Shown here piece after piece: positions 1 to 12,165 of a stretch of DNA of 64,000 nt. The notes beneath the pieces were generated by a model. The model was not told where the DNA came from. It worked only from the letters and a program-made list of their open reading frames with translations, and ran no database searches. The position numbers and the translations under genes are program-made. The stretch comes from Sphyrna mokarran (Eukaryota), in contig JAGIQG010000004.1 in NCBI GenBank assembly GCA_024679065.1, positions 111,166,001 through 111,230,000 of the forward strand, written 5' to 3'. Positions within the stretch are counted from its first letter, which is position 1. Each line of letters starts with the position of its first letter.

Positions 1-112
1 CTTCTGAAGGGTGGTGTGCACGAAAATGCTGAGGATGCCAGACTGCGGGGGTTGGAATCCCAAAGTGGGATTCCACTCACTTTTCTATCCTTACCAGATC
101 ACTCACTGAGCC

Positions 113-376
113 TAAAGTTTTTTATTAGCCACAAGTCAGGTTTATGTTAACGCTGCAATGAAATTACTGTGAAATTCCACTAGTCACCACACTCCAGTAC
201 CTATTTGGGTCAATGCATCTAACCAGAACATCTTTCAGAATGTGGGAGGAAACCAGAACAAACCCATGCAGGCACATGGAGAAAGTACAAACTTCACGCA
301 GACAGTGAGCCAAGCTGGGAATTGAACCTGGGTCCCTGACACTGTAAGGCAGCAGTGCTAATCACCATGTCATCCG
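113..376 (-). mobile_element. tRNA-derived V-type SINE, 'type B' tail (…TTTCACAGTAA…TACTTGTGACTAATAAA…AAACTTTA)
   Basis: The reverse complement shows a tRNA-like head (B box GGTTCAATTCC), the conserved TGTCTG…TTTG…TCTCC…GGTTTCCTCCCAC core and the tail shared with about 10 other copies in the window. Confidence 0.85.
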
Positions 377-696
377 AACCTCTTGGGGGGGGAACAGAGT
401 CCAGATTCAAGGGACCACACTTCTGCCTTCCACTCCCTCAGCCACTTCCAGTCCCATTCATTTGCTTTAAGAAACTGGCCTCACCACCTATGAGAGACTA
501 TATTTCATTGCAGTTCCTGACAGACTACAGCAGGCTCTCAAGGTAGAATTAGAGACTCAGAGGGCTTGGAATGAGATATGGGGGAGGAAAGAGAAACCTT
601 TCCACATCTCATTTCCATTTGAGTAGCTGCTGAAACGCAGGGAAAAAATGTAGAATCCAATCTCTAACCTTTACCAAGCTACCTTCAATATGCAGT

Positions 697-1032
697 ATGA
701 TGCATGGTGGTTGGTATTGCTGCCTCATAGCATCAGGGACCGAGGTTCAATTCCAGCCTTGGATGATTGTGTGGAGTTTGCATGGTCTTTCCATTTCTGT
801 GAGGTTTCCTCCAGGTGCTCCAGTTTCCTCCCATAGTCCAAGATGGTGTAGGTTAGGTGGATTCGCTACACCAAATTGCCTGTTGGCATTCAAAGTTGTG
901 TAGGTTAAACCGATTAGCCATGTTAAATGCACCATGTTTGCAGAGTAATGGACCTGATTAAGATGCTCTTTCAAAGAGTCAGTGCATACTTGATAATGGC
1001 CTCCTTCCTCATAGGAATTCTACGGTTCTATA
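697..1032 (+). mobile_element. HE1-type tRNA/V-SINE with CR1-like tail
   Basis: Head with GGTTCAATTCC B box, V-core TGTGTGGAGTTTGCA…CTCCAGTTTCCTCCCA, and 3' end ATGGCCTCCTTC…TTCTACGGTTCTATA. Confidence 0.8.
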
Positions 1033-1777
1033 GATGCACTTGTGAACAATCAGGAAACCCAAAGTATAGTGTCAATGACTTGGCTCTGCTGAAGAGACAC
1101 AGTGTAGCCTACATCTAACTACTCTCCCTGGAGCCATGGCTGAACTACGATTCACCCATCACCCTGCCCACCATCCCCCACTCACCATTACTGTGAGTGT
1201 GTCTATTTCAATAATATCCTACCCATCTCTCTGTGGATGATATTTGATCCATTGAGTGTTTCAGGTATTTTCTGTTTTTATTTTCGATCTATAACACTTG
1301 CAATAATTTTTTCCTTGTGTATTATTTTCAAGTTGTGTTAGTTTTTGATGAAGCCTGTTGAAACATCAGACATTCTACATCTAAAAAGTACGCTCTTCTT
1401 GTGCTCGAGAAACCATCCAACTTCAAATAAATTAGCAGCAAAACCATCTCACAGGCTGAATGATGGAGTGCTGCAGTAACACTGTGAGAGCCAGCTGCAG
1501 CACATGTGCTTATATTTTAATGCAACATTGAGATTGTGGTTACAAGAAGAACATGTTCAGAAGGCAGATTAACTTCAGTTTTGTTTTTCGTAGCCTTGCA
1601 GTTTCCTTTCTAAATGTGTTGTGGTTTCCAAAAAATGAATGACAGGAGCTGGTAGAGACTGGTTCAGCTGAAAGGGCTGTTTTTGTGCTGTATTTTGTAT
1701 ATAGCTCTTTGACAATATCTGCTGAGCTTCACTGCCCCATCCAGCAGCTAAAATTGAAATAACAGTGCCTAACAGAT

Positions 1778-2645
1778 CACTGATGACTGCACAATGTTCA
1801 GCACCATTTGTGACTCTTCAGATACTGAAGCAGTCTTTGTCCAAATGCAGAAAGACCTGGACAATATACAAGCTTGGGCTGTTAAGTGGCAAGTGACATT
1901 TGTGCCACACAACAGCTGGGCAATGATTATCTCCAAAGAGACGGGTTATAATTATTTTCTCTTGACATTAACATCACTGAATTCCCAGTATCAACATCCT
2001 GAGGGCTATCATTCATCAAAAACTGAACTGGACTAGCTATATAAATATTGTGGCTACAAGAGCGGGTCAGAAACTGGGAACTCCATGAGAAGTAACTGAC
2101 CTCCTGACTCCCCAAAGTCTATCCATGATCTACATGACACAAGTCAGGAGTGCAATGGAATTTTTCCAACTTGCCCTGGATGAGTGCAGTTCCAACAATA
2201 ATCAAAAAGCTCGGTACCATCCAGGACAAAGCAGCCCTGCTTGATTGACACCCCATTCACCATCTTCAGTATTCACTCCCTCCACCACCAATGCACAGTG
2301 GCAAAAGAGATGATGTACACGATACACAGCAATAACTCAACAAGACTCTTTCAATAAACCTTCCAACTCCGTGCCCTCTATCACTTAGAAGGATAAAGGC
2401 AGCAGATTCAAGGGAACATCATCACCCTTAAGTTTCCCTCCAAGCCACATATCATCTTGAACTGGAACTACCTCATGATTCCTTCACTATCACTGAGTTA
2501 AAATCTTGGAACTTCCTCCTTGACTGTGGGTGTACCTATAGCACGTGCTCTGCAGCAGTTCAAGAAGGCAACTCAACTCTATCTTCTCAAAGGTAATTAG
2601 GAATTGGCAATTAATGCACACATGGCCAGTGATACCCATTTAGTG
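1778..2645 (+). mobile_element. Old CR1-group LINE, 5'-truncated RT C-terminus and 3' tail (same family as 28247-30747)
   Basis: ORF 1794-2036 encodes MFSTICDSSDTEAVFVQMQKDLDNIQAWAVKWQVTFVPH. The tail TCTCAAAGGTAATTAGG…GCCAGTGATACCCAT matches the family tail. Confidence 0.85.
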
Positions 2646-3027
2646 TGAAAAGTAGTTTAAGCCCTATTACTAATTTGTAGCCATTATGTGTACAAAGTAT
2701 GATTTTGTCAAATGAAAGTAGGAATTGTGCTAATCTCAGGATGTTTCATGTAGAGTTGTTGGATCCCTAGGGCATAAAAAGAAACCCAAGACTTCATTAT
2801 TTTGGCATTTAAAATGAAATTGATTTGCTGCAGAACCGAAAAAAGGTTGTCACATGACCATAGGGTTGGCTCTTTGTCCTGTTAGCTGCCATCAGGAGTT
2901 ACAAAACCAAAATGACACTTTTCTCAGTTTGTAGGATCTCATACCACATTGGACAGACTACAAAGAGTCATAAAAATCAAGAGACTCGCACATCCTAACT
3001 CGTTATACTTGTAGAGTTGCTAATAGA

Positions 3028-3196
3028 NNNNNNNNNNNNNNNNNNNNNNNNNNNNNNNNNNNNNNNNNNNNNNNNNNNNNNNNNNNNNNNNNNNNNNNNN
3101 NNNNNNNNNNNNNNNNNNNNNNNNNNNNNNNNNNNNNNNNNNNNNNNNNNNNNNNNNNNNNNNNNNNNNNNNNNNNNNNNNNNNNNNNNNNNNNNN
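3028..3196. other. Assembly gap (169 N)
   Basis: Run of N in the sequence. Confidence 1.
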
Positions 3197-4342
3197 AGTT
3201 GTGAACACTCACCTCTCAAGTTCCCAGGCTTTTGAATGTGGAATAAACTAACCTTCTGAGTAACTCATTGCGTGAGCGTGCCGCAAAGCTGAGGTCAATT
3301 GAATCATGCAAACCAAAAAATTCAAAAATCATAGCTTGGTATACCTTAAAACAAAATTCAAAACACTCCCTGCTTCTAACAGGTAGTCAAAGGAAATTAG
3401 TACAGTTTGCCTCTCTCTCTCGTGTCCATCACATAATATAACCTAATTGGCATGACAACATTCAGTTAAGTGCATCAAACAATAGTCTCTATCCTAATGC
3501 TCTCTGCTTCCTGCAGATAAGAGGTACAATAATAACTGACTCCTTTAAAACATAAACATTGAAAAACTGGCACAGATCCATGCTGAGTCCAACGTTTTCT
3601 AAACCTGCTGTTGAAGATTATTGAAATGGGAGATATGACATTGATCGGAAAGAGGCTGGCAGTAAGCTAAAACATAATATTGAAATTATCAATGAAGTTT
3701 ACCATCAAAGGAGTGGATAGATGGCAAAGGGTGGATTGAGGGAGGGAAGCTGGGGAGGGCTGAGGGAGTGCATGGGGAGTACCTGTCTTTCACTCGATAA
3801 AGCACATGTGTATTTTTAAAGCTGGCTTGGTTTCTACAACTTTGAATAATCACTGAATCATCCCACGATGGGACTGGCCAACTTCCCTGTTAACACAACC
3901 CAACTGACTCAGTAACAGCTGAAGCGTCTGTAATGCAAAATAAGCAAGAAAGGCCATAGACTAAATTTTAGCCTGAGGGGCAAGGGTTATTCTGGGATAT
4001 AGTGGGATGAGGAGGAGGATATAGTGAAATGAGTCTTCGTGTCAGATAAGGGGACTTACAAGAAAGACTTTTTTCAACGTTACCCAGAATTAGCAGTTGG
4101 GCTGCTATAAATTTGTTTCTGAGAAGTTCCCACCCAGAGGCAGCCTGAATAGCAAGAAATTTGGGCAAAAAAAGAACTTTTCATAAAACCAAAGCTTAGG
4201 AGTGCAGGTAAATTAGGGAAGTGGCAGAGGCTACAAGGACGGGGATGGGTGGAAAATGCGGGGGTGCATGCTGATATTAGATAGGGAGGACAGGAGGGCA
4301 AGACTATTTAAAGATTCTGGTTGTTGTCTATGGTCTGCTAGT

Positions 4343-4816
4343 CATGATATGGAGATGCCAGCGTTGGACTGGGGTAAACACAATAAGAAGTCTCACAACG
4401 CCAGGTTAAAATCCAACAGGTTTATTTGGTAGCAAAAGGCACTAGCTTTCAGAGCGCTGCCCCTTTGTCAGGTGAGTGGGAGTTCTGTTCACAAACAGGG
4501 TATGTAAAGACACAAACTCAACTTACAGAATAATGATTGGAATGCAAGTCTTTACAACTAGTCAAGTCTTAAAAATACAGACAACATGAGTGGCGTGAGC
4601 ATTAAGCACAAGTTAAAGAGATGTTGTTGTCTCCAGACAGGATAGCAAGTCCAGGCAAATCATGGGGGTTACAAATAGTGTAACAAGAACACAAGATCCT
4701 GGTTGAGGCCGTCCTCATGTGTGCAGAACTTGGCTATCAGTCTCTGCTCGGCGATTCTGCATTGTCGTGTATCATGAAGACAGCCTTGGAGAACACTTAC
4801 CCAAAGATCAGAGGCC
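4343..4816 (-). mobile_element. Penelope-like element 3' fragment (GIY-YIG C-terminus and pLTR with degenerate hammerhead motif)
   Basis: The minus strand encodes ASDLWVSVLQGCLHDTRQCRIAEQRLIAKFCTHEDGLNQDL, followed by pLTR CCTGACAAAGGGGCAGCGCTCTGAAAGCTAG…AATAAACC…CCAGTCCAACGCTGGCATCTCC. Confidence 0.85.
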
Positions 4817-5214
4817 TGGTAGTTATGGAAACAAGTTTCCAATAGTGGTCAGGGAAATTGCAGGGGAGGTGGGAGATGTTGGTCAGTGATCATGAGATTC
4901 TGATGGCGGTTATGGGCTAGTACAGTGGTCAGAGGAGATGGATTGCGTGGTGGGCTTCACTGAGTAGAATGTTGGGTTCTCCACTACCACCTGACTCATA
5001 AACAATGTTGTTCATTCACCTTATAGATTCAGCCCTTCTCATTGCCTCTTAGGTGCCAAGTTTCTCAAAGTCCAGGAAACCGACAGCCAAGATTTAAAAA
5101 TAGAACGATTGTTAAAATGAAGAGGCACAGCCTCTTTATAACATTTAAATGATCTGTCTGCTACCTGTGAATGGATTGCTCACTCACCCCTTGTCTAGCT
5201 TCTGTTGAAACCAA

Positions 5215-5342
5215 GGGGTTAATTTTCCCATTCAGCCCGCTGTGGGAATTGTAGCAAGTGAGGGGCGGACCATGAAAAGATCTGTTGACCTCAGATGGGA
5301 CTTTCCGGTTTCGGGGTGAGCACAGTCAGAAAACCCCGCCCC
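5215..5342. mobile_element. About 125-bp MITE (PIF/Harbinger-type termini)
   Basis: Ends GGGGTTAATTTTCCC…AGAAAACCCCGCCCC. The internal sequence is shared with copies at 19733, 24452, 24626, 37727 and 56787. Confidence 0.7.
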
Positions 5343-5519
5343 AGAAATGGGCATGTTCAAATTGAGCCCAGTTCCTTTTTCAGCTTTTGTGGATTTTAAC
5401 TTCTGGCATGATCCCAAGACTCCTTCCCTCTGCTATCTGCCCCTCCTCCCAACAATCCAGATTCAGCCCAATATTTGTAGACTATTCATATTTGAACTTT
5501 CTCATGTCTCATATTTCAG

Positions 5520-5646
5520 AATATCCCAAAGCACATTTGCTGATGAAGCGCTTTTGAAGTTTAGTCACTGTTGTAATGTAGGAAATGCCACAGTTAGTTC
5601 CCACATGACAAAGTTTCACAAGCAGCAATGACGTAATAATCAGATA
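5520..5646 (-). mobile_element. Deu/SacSINE1-like SINE 3' fragment
   Basis: CCCAAAGCAC…CTTTTGAAGT…GTCACTGTTGTAATGTAGGAAA…CACAAGCAGCAATG resembles the reverse complement of the shark DeuSINE 3' part. Confidence 0.6.
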
Positions 5647-5647
5647 A

Positions 5648-6264
5648 TGGCTGAAATCTCTGGCTCTTACATCCCACTTGAAAGCTTAGGGGGTGAGACT
5701 GCCTCCACAATGTCAGGAAAACCCAATTTGATTTAACTGGCTCAGGACGAAACTTGCACCGCCATCTTAGAAAAAAGTTCCACCTCTGAGACCTGTAGAC
5801 CAATCAGATGGCTAGCAGTTCTCCAGCCCCAGCAGCACTACTAGGGGTGCTGGCCATTGCTGGGGCAGTCCCCAGTGAGGATCTTCACCAGAACTGAATG
5901 CCAATGTGAGTAGGATGGTTTCTCCAGACAGATCAAGAAAGTATCAGTGAAGTTGGGGGAGGGATATGCCGCGATTTGGAAGGTGGGGAACTGAGCTTAG
6001 GGGAGAAGCAAGGCTATGCTTCTCTGGGTAGAGCGCTATGGGTAGAGGGGTGCATAGTGTGCTCAAACAGGAGGGAGCCTATGGTATACTTCAGTTAGCC
6101 CACAGATGAGTGAACAGCCTCTGCCACTGCTGGTAACAACCTCCCTTCCACCATACTACCCTACCTTATGCCAGGTCACTCCTGGGTGGAGGAAGGGTGG
6201 GGATACAGAGTGGAATTCCAGCCATTGTATTTCAGTGATTCAGGCTCCAGGACAAATACTAGCC
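5648..6264. mobile_element. Non-autonomous DNA transposon remnant (Harbinger-like), about 620 bp
   Basis: Degenerate terminal inverted repeats TGGCTGAAATCTCTGG / CCAGGACAAATACTAGCCA around a GC-rich interior with a CCAATCAGA…GCTAGCAG motif. Confidence 0.5.
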
Positions 6265-6444
6265 ATGAATTTGGGGCCAAAACTCTTGCTCCTGGCTCAG
6301 AGAGTTATTGAAGGTAAAAGTTTCAAAACTCACACAGACATTTGCTATAATGGCATTTTATTTTCTTAAAAGGAACTCAACCAAAGGTTCACAATATCCC
6401 AGGATCCTCTATTCCTCTCTAATTTCACTGGACAATGCATAAAG

Positions 6445-6890
6445 GTAAAGTTCCCACAGTCCCAGGTGACCATAGGATGCTTTCCCCATTTGAGGCGGAG
6501 AACTGACTTGTGGTGATGTCAAACTGAGAATGACACTTCAAGTAAAGAGCAAGGTTGAGACGGTGGGCCTGTCAGGGGGATTTGCAGGGTAAATGTGTGG
6601 GGTTATGCAAATAGGGCCCTGTTGGGACCCTGGTCCCTGCCAGTGATGCTGCTGGGATTGGAGAACTGCTAGCCATCTGATTGGTCTACAGGTCTCAGAA
6701 GTGGAACTATTTCCTAAGATGGTGGTGAAAGTCTCGACCTGAGCCAGTTAACAGGCAGAATCGATGGACCAAATGGCCTCCTTCTGTACCGTAGGGATTC
6801 TATGATTCTATAATTCATGATTAACCTCAGCCAGTATGGGTATTGAACCCATGCCTTTGGCGTCTGATAAAACCAATCCCCATTTAGAAG
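6445..6890 (-). mobile_element. Third tRNA-derived SINE family, interrupted by an HE1 3' fragment (about 6570-6812, + strand)
   Basis: Minus-strand B box GGGTTCAATACC near 6838-6850 and tail …CCTATGGTCACCTGGGACTGTGGGAACTTTACC. The HE1 tail ATGGCCTCCTTCTGTACCGTAGGGATTCTATGATTCTA lies inside it. Confidence 0.6.
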
Positions 6891-7784
6891 TCTCATTTAT
6901 TTTCATTTACTTAGTTCTAACAATTGATATTGTCAGCCAGAAGCTGGAGTTTAAACTACCAAACAAGCCTCAAGTGTGGGAGATTTTGTTTGGACCCGGA
7001 GCCCGCAAGCAAAGTACGCAATGAGAAGTTTGGTTGAATGAATCAAGGCTCAACCGACCTTGTCTTCCACCTTCCTCAGTGTTGATTGACTGTTTACCAA
7101 TGGCCACTGTCCAACTTCCCCTTCAAATATGGCTTCCGGTTGGCAGACACTGCTGTTAATCTTCTGTCTTCACCCAGAGGCTGATTTCCCTCTGCCTCCC
7201 AGATTAGTCACAAGAATAATTTAGAGAAAGTCATAATGTTAATCTACCCCATCACCATTCATAATTTAACCCCAGTAACTCACCTACATTGCTCCCAATG
7301 TCTCCTATAAATTACAACTACCACCACTACCCACAATTATTTCATAAACATTTTACCTTCATAGCTGCCCTCAGAACAATTTGTTTTCTGCTGAATTTTC
7401 CCACAAACAGTTCAGTGAGTGTAAATTCCATTGCTTAGGGAAGGCAATTTCTCCAAATTTTAGTTCTGGATTCCCAAGAATTTAAATGTTTTGGATAATA
7501 ATCAGTGAAAAAAGTGACTATAGTTTCAGAGGGAGTTCTGAATGGTAGTTTTAAAGGTATAGGACAAATGTCCACAGTTTGATTATTGTATCAGTCTCTG
7601 TCTATTCTTGAACTTGAACCATAATAAGTCAATCCTCCAATGATACTGGGTCCTGCTTTGCTGTCTCCAAAGGAGGAGAAACAGCTTCTTAGCATCTATC
7701 TTGTCAAATAATCTATTAATGTTAAAGGTTCCACTGAGATCACCTCTCAATCTTCGAAATTCCAAAAAGTATATGTATATTTAT

Positions 7785-9025
7785 TTATTCACTTACAGGA
7801 TATAAACTTCACTGTTAGGTCAGCATTTATTGTCTCTCTCTAATTATCCATGGGAAAGTGGTTGTCATCTGCCTTCTTAAATTGTTGTAGCCCATGTGGA
7901 ATAGGTATACACACAGTACTCTTAAGGATGGAGTTCCAGGATCTTAATCCAGTGACAGCGAAGGAATGACAATATATTTACGAGTCCGGCTGGTGAGTGA
8001 CTCAGACATTCAGAGTGTCTGCTGCCCTTGTCCTAGATGGGGGTAATTGTGGGTTTGGACGGTCTGAGGAATCTTGATGAGTAGCCTCAATGCATCTCGT
8101 AGATTATATACACTGCTGTCACTGTGGCCAGAATTTTACCGATTGGCCCACTGCAGGAATCAGTGGGAATATTTTTAATTCTTTCATGAAATGTGGTTAT
8201 CTCTGGCAAGGTCAGCATTTAAGTATCCATCCTAAATTTCCCCTGAACAAATTGTGATGAGCTGTCCTCTTGGACTCTGCAATCTGTGCGGTGTAAGTAC
8301 ACCAACAATGCTGCTAAGGAAGGTGTTGACCCAGGAACGATGAAGGAATGGTGATAAATTTCTAAATCAGGATGGGACGTGCCTTAGATGGAAATGTGAA
8401 AGTGGTGGTCTGTCTATGCACCCCCTGTCCTTCAAGATGGCTCTGGTCACAGTTTTAGAAGATGTTGTCAAAGGACTCTTGGGGAGTCATTGCAATGCAT
8501 CTTGCAGATGGTGCATGCTGCAGCCAATGTTACAGGGAGTGAATGCCATATCATCCAGTAGCTTTAGCAGTCAAGTGGATTGTTTTGACAACCTTGAATA
8601 GAGCTACATGTAGCATTTTGTGGAAAGTACATCACCATATTCCTGACTTGTGCCTTGTAGATGGTGGAAAGGGTTGGAAAGTGGGGTATTTTCAAAAGAA
8701 TTGCAGACTCTGACCTGTTTTTCCAGCCACATTGTTTACATAGCTGGTCCAGTCAAGTTTCTGGTCAATGATAACCCTCCTTCCCCAAGATGTATATGGT
8801 GGGGAATTCCGTGATCACAATGGTTTTCAATGTCAATAGGAGATGGATAAATGCTCTCGTTGGAGAGGATCATTGCTTGACACTTGTTACTTGCACTTAT
8901 TGGTCTAAGTTTCAATGTGGTCCAGATTTTGCTGCATGTCAGAACAGACTGCTTCATTATGTGAAAGATGCAAATGAATGCAATAATTCATGAATATCCC
9001 ATCTTTTGATCTTATGATGAATCTT
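7785..9025 (-). mobile_element. Two tandem 3' fragments of the old CR1-group LINE
   Basis: Two reverse-complemented tails (…CAGCATTTATTG…CTAATT…) at about 7790 and 8180. RT-region similarity continues to about 9020 (ORF 8736-8957). Confidence 0.75.
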
Positions 9026-9091
9026 ATCATTGATTACCCTTTGTGGAGTTCAAAACTTTAACTTACTAACTCTTGTGAGAAATATTTTCAG

Positions 9092-9366
9092 TTAAAGTTT
9101 ATTTATTGGTCACAAGTAAGGCTTACATTAACACTGCAATGAAGTTACTGTGAAATTCCTCTAGTTGTCACACTCCAGGGCTTGCTCGAGTCAATGCACC
9201 CAACCTGCATATCTTTCAGATTGTGGGAGGAAACCGGAGCACCCTGAGGAAACTCATGCAGACACAGGGGGAATGTGCAAACTCAACACAGACAGTAATC
9301 CAAGCCAGAGATCAAAATCTGGTGCTGTGAGGCAGCAATGCTAAGCACTGTGCCACCATGTCACCC
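9092..9366 (-). mobile_element. V-type SINE, type B tail, full length
   Basis: Complete head, core and tail, collinear with 113-376 and 36790-37051. Confidence 0.9.
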
Positions 9367-10110
9367 AATGGTTCCTGCTATGATATTCCTGTGTGAGCAA
9401 GAATTGATGACATAAGAGATCAAATGAAGGGAAAGTATCATGATATTCCTTTGTTATTAGGTCACCAGTAATCAGAATATATCAAGGTTTCACTTGTCTT
9501 TATTAAAACAACAATCCCTTTTGCATCGATGTATTGCATATTTAGACTGCAATGTCTCTACTTGTGAGGAGAAATCATCACTGGGAATTTAAATTACATG
9601 GAGACCTCTAATTGTTCATGATGTAGTGTGACTCTGCCCTTTTAGTCATGTGAAATTGACAAGACCTTCTCCTGTCTGATGAACTCAAAACCATCAGTCA
9701 ATGAAACAGACAGAGAATGGGAACAATTATTTCACTTGGCTTGCTAAATTGTGTAGGTCATTATTCAGGACTCATCTGGGGCTTTGCTTGTTTTTCACTT
9801 ATGTACAAATAATTTCCATAGACACAACAGGAGTGATATTCAAGGGCTAAGCTGAGGGTTGTTTCCGGTGAGTCAACTGGTCCAAACAGGTGTTTCCAAA
9901 TCTGGTGATCTGCCCCATAGTGTGTAACAGGCTCGTGCGGCTCAACAGTAACTTTGCAGTTAGGCCTGGAGCCCAATTTGAGACAAGCTTTCAGCACACC
10001 AGTTTCTGACTATTCTCTGTCTGAAAATGATTGAAGCTGATTTCTAGCCCTTCAAGTACAAAATACAGGAGAATCTAGTCATTCAGTTCAAATCAAAAGG
10101 GATAATATTG

Positions 10111-10338
10111 TGGGGCATGGTGGCACAGTGGTTAGTACTGCTACCTCACAGTGCCAGGGACCCTGGTCCAATTCCGACCTCAGGTCACTGACTGTGCAGA
10201 GTTTGCACATTCTCCCTGTGTCTGCGTGAAATTCCTCCCAGTGCTCCAGTTTCCTCCCACAGTCTAAAGACATGCTAGTAAGGTGTATTGACTCAAACAG
10301 GCACTGGAGTGTGGTGACTATGGGAATTTCACAATAAC
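10111..10338 (+). mobile_element. V-type SINE, type B, 3'-truncated
   Basis: GGCATGGTGGCACAGTGGTTAG A box and V-core. It ends inside the tail at GGAATTTCACAATAAC. Confidence 0.85.
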
Positions 10339-11019
10339 AAATGATTCTTTGGTCCCCTGGGTTGTACCAACACCAATGATTCCTATAAAGTAAGAGACTT
10401 AGAAGCAAATGAGGGAATGATGGATTCCTCTAAGCCTGAGAAATTAACAGGCTTAGAGGAATTTTGTACCAGACTCACATTAAAACTCAGTGGTACCTCC
10501 TAACTCCCCATATCAATTTAAAAATAAAGAGAAAGTAACGAGGGATAAGTTTAATTTTAAAACACAGTCAACAGGATGTGTAATATTTGACATAATGTTG
10601 GTTTATAAAACTCTGACACTTGCAATGTAGTTTCAAGAGTACTTCCAGTTTTAACAGTCTGTGAAATTTACATTACTCCATCAATTCCTTTTCAGAGACA
10701 GCATGATTCTTTACTGATGGTCCTAATCACATTTTAACACATTTACTGTGCTTGATCTGTACCTGACTGAAAGTAATTTTCCCTTCCTCACTGTACTTTC
10801 TATAAGGAGCACATGCTGTGGTTTTCCTGTCTGGTTATACTTTTCTGAGAAATATGCATTACTTGGCCCTCCTCAAATGCAATTGAATTTAGGGTAATTT
10901 CTGTGGATAGATTTCCTCACTGATGCTTTCTAGGCAGACATTCATACAGAAAATTCTGATACTCCATTCCTAATCATTAGAATGCAAGTTTCTTTGTATC
11001 AACAAGGAAAACAATTGCA

Positions 11020-12165
11020 GCTGGACTCATTATTCATAAAATAGTGGGTTCAAGCCCAACTGTGGACCTGAATGCATAATCTAGGCCATTTCTGCATTAG
11101 TAAGAGAGCGTTGCATTGTCAGAGGTTCTGTCTTTCAGATTATGATTTAAACTTGTCAGCCTGAACAGGTAGACATCAAGATTCCTTGGTGCTATTTGAA
11201 GGAAAGCGAGGGAACACACGTATAGTAGGTCATTTAGATATTCACCTGTTCCACCATTCAGCAAGACCAAGGCTAATCCTTAACCTATCTTCATTAGCCT
11301 CCTCACCGCCAGGCCATTTCATACCACTGATAAACAATGATCTATCAATCTAGATTTAAAATTGTTGATTGAACTAACACCTGCTTTTTGTGAGAGAGAG
11401 TTCCACTTTCTACAACTCTTTGCATGAAAAGATGCTGCCTGACTTCTGTCCTAATCAATTTTTTAAATTAATGGTGCCTTATCCAAGACCCCTCCACTAT
11501 CCACTATAGCCTGTACTATCAATTAATTATTTTGCTAATCCTAAACACCTCAATCAAATTACCTCTTGAGCTTGCTATATTTCAGGGGATATAAGCCTTG
11601 CTTATGTAATCTCATTTCATAACATCATTAACTAACTAATCTTGGAATTTTGAGAGCATTCCGCTGAAGATGTGCTGCACTTTCAAAACAAAAACATTCC
11701 CCCTGATGCCTTGGCAGTTAGAATGTCACCAATGCTCGCATTGGATCTTTTATACTGTGACCAATGGTAACATGCTATAAAGATCTGCTGACCCAGTAAA
11801 CTATGTAACTAATGACAAAATGATGTGGTGGTCAGCTGACCAGCTGATTCAGTATAAATAAAAATCTACTGGGTTAATGGGAGCTTGGAATGGTCAAGGA
11901 TGAGGGCTCAAGTGTTGGACCAATAAAGTTTCTTTATTAAACATTCTTTAATTTATAAGTTGGAATAAATTGTGTTTTATTTTATTGCCTACAACTGAAG
12001 AATGGATCAACATTGGTTACCATTTATGCATCAACTGACACCACCAAAATACGTTGGTATAGCTTCTTTCTTGTTTGGGGATATTGCTGTGAGAAGATTT
12101 GTGCACTTGACCATACTGAGGAGGTGAAAGATGCTACATAAATGCAAGCTCTATTATCTTGCTTT
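11020..12165 (+). mobile_element. Deu/SacSINE1-like SINE split by a CR1 3' fragment (about 11225-11750, -) and a putative solo LTR
   Basis: GGGTTCAAGCCC B box and Deu-like TGCATTGTCAGAGGTTCTGTCTTTCAGAT at 11045-11200. The tail GAGGTGAAAGATGCTACATAAATGCAAG is at about 12121-12148. Confidence 0.55.
11756..12022 (+). mobile_element. Putative solo LTR (267 bp)
   Basis: TG…CA termini forming an imperfect inverted repeat (TGTGACCAATG / CATTGGTTACCA), an internal TATAAATA and a downstream AATAAA. No clear TSD. Confidence 0.5.

Noticed and set aside
2995-3235. ORFs composed of X residues
   Set aside because: Artefacts of translating across the N gap.
9675-9712. CTGATGA…GAAAC hammerhead-like spacing
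   Set aside because: No convincing stem II and no pLTR context.
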